A stretch of DNA of 64,000 nt, from contig NW_005434641.1 in the NCBI RefSeq assembly GCF_000315625.1, forward strand, positions 512,472-576,471, in the 5' to 3' direction. Positions 55,198 through 64,000 of this stretch are shown piece by piece. The translations under genes were made by a program, and so were the position numbers. Source of the DNA: Guillardia theta CCMP2712 (Eukaryota; Protista; Cryptophyta). Below the pieces are notes generated by a model that did no database searches, was not told the DNA's origin, and saw only the letters and a program-made list of their open reading frames with translations. Within the stretch, counting starts at the first letter, position 1; each line of letters opens with the position of its first letter.

Positions 55198-56891
55198 CCC
55201 GCCCTACTGTCCCTCCCGAACTGTCTTGAGCAGACCCCGGCCCTTGCGCTAACTCGCCTCAATCAGCTTACTCACAATCGGCGATCGATTCCTCGTCTGT
55301 TAGATTGCGTGCTAACGCATCCTTCCCTTCTCCTCCTCTCCTCCTCTCCTCCTCTCCTCCTCTCCTCCTCTTCTGTTCTCCCCTCTTGCGTGCATCAGCC
55401 ACCGCAGTGCCGAAATTGGACTGCAGTTTCCAATTCCAATTCTATAGAATCATTTCGGAATTTGTACTGATATCTCGAGATTTTATTGAAATTTCATCAG
55501 ACTGTGCAATTATTTATTGTCAAAGTTGACAAGAATACTGTTTCTAGTCTAAAAAAAGAACGTCAAATGTAAAGCGCTACAAAAAGCAAGAAGGACGAGG
55601 CTGACAATGATGGTGTAGGAGGAGCAGGTGCAGCGCTGGCCCGAGCTCGGAACCTGCCGATGCTCGTCTGATGAGACGCAGCGCCATGACAAGGGACCTG
55701 TGGAACCGTCTCGGCGGAAGGACTCCGGGAGACGCACCGAGCTGGTTGTAGGATACGAGCAAGAGAAGCAGCGTGTTTCTCAACCCCTCAATGATAATGT
55801 GAGGATGGACTTCTAAAAAGTTTTCTCAACTCTATGGGAAGTGACCCTCCCTTGGTCTGCCCCCCTAACCCTCCGGTCATCGGGTCGTCGTCCTCCTATT
55901 TTCACCCGGGGACTGGAGGAAAACACTTCGCACATGGAAGATTCAAGTAAAACGCATGACGTCCCTGTCCCCTCCCGGTCCTCCCTGTCTTACTCTGCCC
56001 GTCCTGTCTTGCCCGCAATCGCCTTTCTCTTGCAGGAGGAGGTAAGAAAGGGTCAGTCAGAACAAGGGAGGTAGGAAGGTGGAAGGCGTATAGGAGGGAA
56101 CCTGACGGCAGGAATCAGGCATTAGCCTGCCCGCCCTCAGGCCCTCAGGTTTAGGGAGGAAGGGAGGAAGGGAGGAAGGGAGGGCAGGCAGGCTGAAGGG
56201 TGGATGGAGGTGCCGAAAGACGAGCTGTAAAAAAGGCAAGAGAGACAAGAAAGCGCGAGAGTTTGAAGTAACAAGGGGGCGTGTTGAAAATGATAGATTA
56301 CAGCACAGCAACCCACATGTAAGGGGCAAAACGATTTTAAGTTGAGGAGCCGCGATTGAGAGGCAACGCACAACAAGGCGCAAGTGAGTAGATTTTGATC
56401 CAATCATATTGTGGCATAAATTCACAGTCAGGGTTATCTAGATTGTAGTTTGCATCCATGAATTTCGTCGACTCAATGATTTTGAGTCCAAAGCAGAATG
56501 ACTCGTAATTTGACAAGGATTTTAACTCGAGAATGCGATCCTTGGTCATGTCTGATTTTGCACAACCAACATGTCTCAAACTTTCATTTTCATTTTTCTA
56601 CTGAATTCGTTCCTGCCAGCCATTATTTTCAATGAGCATCACTGATTTAAAGGTCAGGCTTTGGCCATCGGCTCCTGCCATTAACTTTCCTCTGCGGGTG
56701 AAATCTCGCCCTGCTGCACATGCTTTCACAAGCTTCATTGCCTGGATGTGCCGTGAGGGAAAAATTGCCCTGTTGTAGCACTCCGCCTCATTGATTTATT
56801 AGGCAGAATCAAGGGGGCAGTTCAAAATTCCTATTGAACCACTAGGAGAGACCTCATGCACTGCCCACCGGATACACCTTCCGACTCCGAG

Positions 56892-57088
56892 CTCAAAGTT
56901 AAGTTAAAAAAGTCAGTACTCCGAACATTGTTGACTGGATGATTTTTTAAAAAAATAAGTCGGCCTTTTTAAAAAAACTGACCAGTGGCATTTTTAAAAT
57001 GGTGTATGAAGATTACTACAGTAAAAAAGGGTGGAGGTCAGCGACGATCTTTTTAAAAACCTCGTTGTTGATTTAACTTAACTTTGAG
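56892..57088. mobile_element. 197-bp MITE-like element with perfect 17-bp terminal inverted repeats
   Basis: CTCAAAGTTAAGTTAAA (56892-56908) and TTTAACTTAACTTTGAG (57072-57088), with an AT-rich interior. A matching end occurs at 2318-2343. No target-site duplication seen. Confidence 0.55.
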
Positions 57089-57409
57089 TAAAACATTTAA
57101 ACTACACTGACGTTGATATCTCCTGCTGCCGGGCCGGGGCCGGGGCCGGGCTGGTCGGCCCGCCATGATGGCGCACTAAAGTTTACTCAAACAAGTAGTT
57201 GGCTGGTAGCACATTTTTACTTATTGCTATGATGAGTGGAAGTTTAAAAAAAAAAAAAGGATGGTCACTTGGCAACAATGGCGCCGGCTGGTTCGGTTCA
57301 TTATAGCCGGCGTCAGCAAACGTCTCTATAACTGCTTATAGTTCTATAAGTAGTTGACTTGATTTCAAAACAAATTGCTGATTTCGCCGGTCCACGTCTC
57401 CTCCCCAGT

Positions 57410-58335
57410 TTACTAGGGTACCCGAGTCGTATCAGAGGTCCTAGGATACTAGCATTTTTCTACGAAACTTGATATCTACAAAAGCCTTTTAAAAGTGTCT
57501 GTCATATCAGTACCCACCACCCTCGTCTGGATGTTTACACATACCCTAAAGGACAGGATGGGCCCCACCCACATCCCGAATGACCCACACCCTTTTTACT
57601 TTTTTTTGAACTACCCTATAATCTCCTTGGCTTCGGATAATAATGGACCCCTAGTCATTTGATCACACTACAAATGACTACCCCACCCCTACACTAAAAT
57701 GAATCACCATCCTATAACGGGTGTAGTACCCCCAAGTTGAATTGCCGGGTTCATGCTACGGCCCTAGTATACCCCACCCTATCACCTTCTACCCTGCCCT
57801 GCCCTACCCTACCCTACCCTACCCTACCTTACCCTACTACAACTCCATATGGTGATAACTTTTTCCCCCACACTGTGATCCGCTCTGTATCACTACCCTA
57901 CCCCCTATTTCCCCATGTTAAATAGGACTCGGACCACCTCCTTCAGACAACATACCCCGCCCCCACTTCACTTTTTTTTTAATACCCCACCTTTTGTTAA
58001 TTTAGTTGCAAGCACCCCCACCCCTCTATCTAAACAAAAACCACCCAAAGTCATGGTCCATTTTAGCCACCACCGGTTTATTGTTGCCCCCAGTCATTCG
58101 TACCAGCACAATGACCCCACCACTTCTCGGGCAATATCTGGTTGATCACCCCCTCTTTTCCACAATCGAAGTACCCCTACCCACCTTTTTCCCCTGTGAC
58201 GAAGGTACATTGCGAAGGTTTTGCGAATCCTTCAGTACCCCTACCCAATCTTCCCTGATGACCCCTAGTGACTAGGACTGTCTAGTAACACCCTTCCACA
58301 CCTCACCCCCTCGGAACTACCCACCCCACCCTCCC
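57410..58335 (+). promoter_or_regulatory. ACCC/TACCC-motif array upstream of the HTH gene, including tandem (TACCC)n
   Basis: Tandem ctaccctaccctaccc at approx. 57788-57836 plus dispersed copies. Confidence 0.45.
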
Positions 58336-58653
58336 TAGATAGCTGTCGCGTCCAGCCTTCGAAAATCGCCACCCTCCTCTGCTGTCCCTCAAGCACATCC
58401 ACCTTTGTTGACTTGTTGCTCTTTCTCGCTCTAGTCCTCCTCCTCCTCCTCCTCCTCCTCCTCCTCCTTCCTCCATCTCACCCTCTCATCTCCCGTTCTT
58501 CTATCTCTCACCTTCCTCCTCTGCGCATCCCTTCCCTCACAGCTTAAAGGCAACTCCTGCTCCTCCCTTTGCCGAAGCTCTCTGTTTGTTGTCCTCTTCG
58601 TCGTTATTTGACGCTCCTTTCTTTCAAAAAATCTTCTTCGATCTCTCTCAAGT

Positions 58654-59961
58654 ATGCAGCAGCTTCCATTGGGGATGCAGCATCCTCTAGCGAACTTCGC
58701 TGTCTCACAGAGCATCCAGCAGCGTTGTGGCCTGCAAGCACCTAATGCGCCCCCAGAGAATGCGCAGATTGCCATAGGACTGAACTCTTTTCTTCTCCGA
58801 GGAATACAAGACAAGAGTGCTGGACAGGCTTTCAATCCCAACGAATGCCATTTGCCCGGCATACAGGCGAACCCTCACGTGACCATGGGCCCTGTCAACA
58901 CCGTGAGCGGCATGAACCCCGTGTTGCACCTGGGAATGTCTTCCGCGTTCACATGCGTTAGAGATGCTCTCAAAGGAGCCGATGAATCTGCGTCCATCCA
59001 GTCTGCTGTTCAGAGCATAACGGCATCTGCACAGGCCATGGCACAGAACATCCATGTTTCACAGCCTTTCAGTGCTGATGACAGCAAAGCGCAAGGGTCT
59101 GATGAGGTGATTTTACTGTTTCTCTTTGTTGAGATTATGTCTGTCTAATTGTTGCAGTCTTCTTTCTCTGAATTCTGTGTGTGACACCTAGAAAATGTTT
59201 CCCTGTTTGTTTACTTCTTTGGATCATATTTTGACAAGTACTCTTAGGATGACAGCAAGAAGAAGTCTTTGATTGGTGCGGAGCTTGCTGCCAGAATCTA
59301 TGCCATGCGGCCTCCTCGCACACAAGTTGGAGGACAGTTCAACGCTGCACAGGGCCTATCGCCAACTGCCGTCGGGAACCTGTTTGGAGTGAGCTCCAAG
59401 GTAGTGAGAGACATTTGGAATCGAAGGACATGGATCGAAGCGACGAGATCCTTGTGGTCGGACTTCGAAGTCGCCTCGCACCTGATCGAGATGAAGACAG
59501 CTGACCCCGACCTGGCCAACAAGCTCGCCAAGTTCAAGCCTCTGATCTTGAAGAGGAAGCCTGGCCGGCCCCCCGGTGCCAAGGACTTCGTCCCGAGGCA
59601 GAGGAGGAAGAGGGACGTCACTTCGGGGGCGAGCCAGGAGAATGCAGAGACAGCAACCGGGCAGACGACATCGCAGCCACAGCAGTTGCCAGCAGCCGCT
59701 ACTCCTTCCCTCGTCGCTGGCAACCCCCTCGCTTCCAACTTGCAACTTTGCACACAGGCCATCGCGCAGAGCCTCGTCAACCCTGTGCTGAAGCTGGAGA
59801 GAAACTTGGCCGGGTTGGAGCAATCTGCAGTGCGCACTGCACAGGATGCGATGGGGGGGCACCAGGGACACCATGAGGAAGGGATCTTGAGCATCAACCA
59901 GGCGGATCCGTTCGCGTCTGACTGGCAGCACTTGTTGAAGGAGTCGGACGTGATGGTGTAA
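58654..59961 (+). CDS. Putative transcription factor: HTH (GVS.K.VRDIWNRRTW type) + AT-hook-like motif; 2 exons
   Basis: Intron approx. 59107-59256. ELAARIYAMR...AVGNLFGVSSKVVRDIWNRRTWIEATRSLW, then KRKPGRPPGAKDFVPRQRRKR; Q/A-rich flanks. Confidence 0.7.
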
Positions 59962-60059
59962 ATACAGTCTAGCAAGAAGCCTCTCCCTCCTGTCTAATTG
60001 TGTATTTGAAATCTCTAGGCGACATTATAAAAGATCCAGTAAATGCAAATCGAGTTTGC

Positions 60060-63000
60060 TCAGGACTCCCTCTTGAGTTTCCCCATAGGGTACTGACGTG
60101 TCCAGATAGTCGCCAGCCATTTCTCCCCCTTCTTGACGGGAAGCGACTGCAGCGGGTCAGGTAGCAGGCAAGTGGAACATCCTTGTCACCTCGTGCTGCG
60201 TCCTCGGGTCTGGGACCCCCCGGACATCGGCAGGGAAGAATAAGAGGGCGTCTCCCTTGCGCGGCGAGAACTTGGTGCCTTGCTGGAGTCAAGAAGCAAG
60301 AGGTAGGGAGGAGGGAGGGAGGAGGGAGGGAGGGAGGGAGGGGAGGGAGGGAGGGAGGGAGGGAGGGAGGGAGGGAGGGAGGGAGGGAGGGAGGGAGGAC
60401 GGGGANNNNNNNNNNNNNNNNNNNNNNNNNNNNNNNNNNNNNNNNNNNNNNNNNNNNNNNNNNNNNNNNNNNNNNNNNNNNNNNNNNNNNNNNNNNNNNN
60501 NNNNNAGGAAGGGAGGGAGGAGGAGGAGGGAGGGGAGGGGAGGCGTGTATGGAAGTAGCGAGAGCAGCAAGGAGAGGAGAAAAGATAGAGACCACGCGAG
60601 GATTTGAGGAGGATACCTAGGAGCGGAAAGCTCGTCTCGCCTCCCTCCTCAACTGTGTTGAGATAAAGCAGCAGCGTCGAGATCCGTTGACCCCCTCTCT
60701 CTTCTAGCGAGCTGCTTCACAGATCATTTCCTCCTGCCTCCACTCCTCTCTCCCTGTCTGCCTCCTTCCTTTCCCCCGGCTCCTTCCCCCCCTTCTACCT
60801 TCTCCCTCCTCCTCTCCCTCCTCCTGGTGTACTGTTTCTCCTTCCTCCCCTCCTCTTCTCGGAGGAGATGAAGACATAAAAGAGGATATGACGTTCCTTC
60901 TCCTCCTTCTCCATCACTGGCTCGTGCCTACCTTCGTGCCGCTGGCGCGTCGCCGATGACAGGGACGGTGTCAAGGTGCTGTTCGTAGCTTCCTCCCACT
61001 TCGTACCTAACCACCTGCACCGCAGCTCAGGTCCAGCTGCCTCGACCCTGCCGCCCCTGCCTGCACCGCCTCGAAGTGTGAGATGGGCAGTTGAAGGAGT
61101 TCAGACGCTCGTGCTCTGCTGCTCTGTCATGCTCTGATGTTGCAACTCCTGCTCTTTCCTCCGAACCAACCCCCCCCCACCTCCTCCTCCTGCTCCTCTC
61201 CTACTCCTCCTCCTCCCGTACTCGATGGACGAGACAGTCTCGTGGACCCCTCGCCTGATCGCCGCTGACTTTGACCTGGTTGCTCCTCCTCAGTTCGTGC
61301 AGGCGAGGAGGGACAAGTCTTGCCTCCTCGCCGACGTGACGGCATCTGTCGAGCCGTCCGTGCGTATCCCGACGCCAGAATGCTGTAGAACGTTGAATTA
61401 ATGATCGAGGAGAAGATGGTGGTGATGGAGGTGCGGGTGCAGGTTGAGGCACATGGAGAATGGAGAAGGGAGGCGAAGGAGCAAGGAGGGGGAGGAGCAA
61501 GGAGGTAGCTGGGAGGAGGAGCGGGAAGGAGGAGGAGGAGAAGTACTTTCAGCTTGCTAGCAGCGAGTTGAACGAGGAGGTCACATTCTTCCTCGCTCAG
61601 AAAAGATTTGATCTGAAGGCAGTAGGAGTGAGGAGGGGAGGGCGGGAGGAGCAGAAGGTACTGAGATCAGCCGTGGGTCCCTCCTGTGCTCCTTCAGCGC
61701 CGGAAAGAGCGGCCGCGCGCTCTGCGGACCCACAGGCAGCCAGGCATGCCGGCCGTCGAACTGAGGAAGAAGGATGAATGAGATGTGAGAATGAAGAATG
61801 ATTGAGACAGTAGGCGAGGGCTGCTATCAACCTTGTTGACTGAGATGTTCAGCACTTCACTGACGAACAGCTCGTCCAGCGGAATCTTGCATCGCAAGGT
61901 CAGTTCGCCTCCCTCGTACATCGAGCTCGCAACCTGCGCATGCTTGTGCCATGGGTCTTCGGGGATGGGGCGGAGGCCGACGAGGTTGATGTGAGGAGGA
62001 ATGCAGAGGGCGTGGAAAACGGAGAGAACGGGTCCGAAGAGGTCAAACTTGTTCTGCTTCCAGTTGTCCTTGCGGAACATACGGCCTGCAGACCAGTAGC
62101 ACCTGCTGGCTGAGTGAGGGAGGAGGGAAGAGGAAGGGAGAGGAAGGGAAAGTGGAAGAAAGGAGGGAGGGAACGGACGAGAACGAAAGAGATGATGAAG
62201 GAGCAGGGTGGGAGATTCCAAGGAGCCGAGATGCAGTACGAAAACAGAAGGGAGAGGGAGGAAGGGGGAAGGTGGAGGAAAGGAGAAGAGGAGGAGAGGA
62301 GGAGAGGAGGAGAGGAGGAGAGGAGGAGAGGAGGAGAGGAGGAGAGGAGGAGAAGAACGAGAAGAGGAATGGAGGGGAGAAAGGAGAGGAGCTGAGCGGA
62401 GGAGAGAAAAAGAGGACAGGAGAGGAGGACAAGAGAGGAGCGGAGGAGGACAGGAGAGGAGAGGAGAAGGAGAGGAGAGGAGGAGGAGAGGAGCGGAGCG
62501 AAGGAGGAGAGGAGAGGAGAGGAGAGGAGCGACCGAGGAGAGGAAAGGAGAGGGGAGGAGAGGGGAGGAGAACACCTGTATGTCATTCCAAGCCCTTTCA
62601 ATCTTCCTTCAATCTCCATTGCCTTGTGCCCTCTAGGGGTCTCGATGTACAGGATGGGTTGATGGAGGAGCAGAACAGCTGCCAGTCAAGTCAGACCAGT
62701 CGGAGAGGAGGAACGGAAACTTGACCTCGGGCACCAGCGACAACATCCTGCCATGGAGGGTACGCGCACAACGAGATCTTGATCAAGTGAACTCGATCTG
62801 CTACACTCTCCTCGATCCTGCCTCCGCTGCCTCCCCGCCGTCAGGGGAGCTGCTGGTACCGCTGCTGGGGTGCAGAACGTCGTCAAGAGCTCTGCACGGG
62901 ACACTGTCGGGCAGGTGCATGTTGGTAGCGTCCGCTCCTGCCAACTTACTGTGTGTGAAGGGAAAGACAAGGGAGAACTTTGAGATGAGACCTTGGCGGA

Positions 63001-63075
63001 GTTGGAGGCTAGAGACTCGTTGATGTCGACGACTTGCTACAAGATCAGCAAGTCAAGAGGAAGAGCAGGAGCAGA

Positions 63076-63156
<81 letters not shown>

Positions 63157-63885
63157 GTAAAAGGAACATCCTCAGCCTCTTGATGCTGTCAACCCGATCC
63201 CGACGTACCTGTCGGCCGTTTCCTGCGATGCAAGGAAGGAGATGCACATTGCTGTGCGAGGAAATGCCCAGCGTAGCAGCAAGACAGTTGGCCAGGTGCC
63301 TTCTTGGCTCTGCTACGATGACTTTCCCTCGTCTGACCTTGTTCGCGAAGTAGAGGGTCGAGTATCCAACCTGATCAGTGCCAGTCACAGCTGCTCGTCC
63401 TGCCCTCCTTCCCCGTCACCCCAGGGCAGATGTCGACCACATTCGATTCGTTTCCTTGCAAGCAGCGTGAGAAAGTTCGACAGCGACTGTCGCTCTTCTA
63501 CCGATCAGCCGATCGAGTACTGAGAAGGCCCAGTCCATCCAATCACCGTAGCTGTTGGGAGACGAGTAAGTGATGGACAGGACAGGATAGGACAGAACAA
63601 GACAGGACAAGATAGGAGGGAAGAACAGCAGAGGAGAGGAGGGGAGAGGAGAGGAGAGGAGAGGAGGGGAGAGGAGAGGAGAGGAGAGGAGAGGAGAGAA
63701 GAGGAGAGGAGAGGAGAGGAGAAGAGAGGAGAGGAGAGGAGAGGAGAGGAGAGGAGAGGAGAGGAGAGGAGCAGAAAGAAGAGGATCCGTACAAGAGAAG
63801 AGCTAAACTCTCGAAGGAGTCGGCGAGAGATACAATCATGTCTCCTTGCCTGTAGCATGTCACGGAAAATTGTTGTTGTCGACAT
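60060..63885 (-). CDS. FkbM-methyltransferase-like domain fused to a prolyl-4-hydroxylase-type 2OG-Fe(II) dioxygenase; multi-exon, 5' end may lie beyond the window
   Basis: P4H: FLSEEECDLL, VVRYEVGGSYEQHLD (HxD), GGQRISTLLLYLNTVEEGGETSFP, PRKGDALLF, TQHE|SLPVKKGEKW. FkbM-like: YGDW, GYSTLYFANKV..GKVIVAEP, RALDD, RVHLIKI, PILYIE, CYW...DNW...HALCIP. Confidence 0.8.
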
Positions 63886-64000
63886 TTATTGAACCATCAT
63901 CATCACCACCACCACCACCACCATCACCATCATCATCTCCATCATCATCTCCAGCATCATCATCATCATCATCATCATGTGCATCATCATCTCCATCGTC

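Noticed and set aside
55200-56080. Short ORFs upstream of the BK channel
   Set aside because: No recognisable product; minus-strand splice signals suggest 5' UTR exons and introns of the channel.
57788-57836. (TACCC)n as an interstitial telomere
   Set aside because: It is not a canonical TTAGGG/TTTAGGG unit and blends into a dispersed motif array.

Overview
Eukaryotic, intron-rich, GC-rich nuclear DNA with about 22 protein-coding genes and four N-gaps. Short GT-AG introns, microsatellite-filled introns and the gene families suggest a cryptophyte alga such as Guillardia; this is an inference, not a database match. Recognisable genes: an alpha/beta-hydrolase 3' end, a ~3,500-aa EML5/6-like protein with four TAPE repeats, an RNF4-like STUbL, a pseudokinase, an ARM-HEPN-kinase-SAM protein, a SET/LSMT methyltransferase, a tubulin-tyrosine-ligase-family enzyme, a J-domain protein, an ELO elongase, a METTL12/EEF1AKMT4-like methyltransferase, a rhodanese, an ankyrin protein, a long coiled-coil protein, a BK/Slo-type K+ channel with a C2 domain, an HTH + AT-hook-like factor, and an FkbM-like + prolyl-4-hydroxylase fusion. 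The best candidate for an undescribed system is the nearly intron-free ARM-HEPN(RNase)-kinase-SAM gene at 22.4-25.9 kb, which resembles an RNase L/SARM1-style immune sensor-effector. Other highlights are strand-oriented ACCC arrays upstream of genes, CCGG/GGCC islands, a BK channel lacking the Ca2+ bowl, and a small TIR element. No rRNA, tRNA or CRISPR was seen. All domain calls are by eye, and exon boundaries are approximate.
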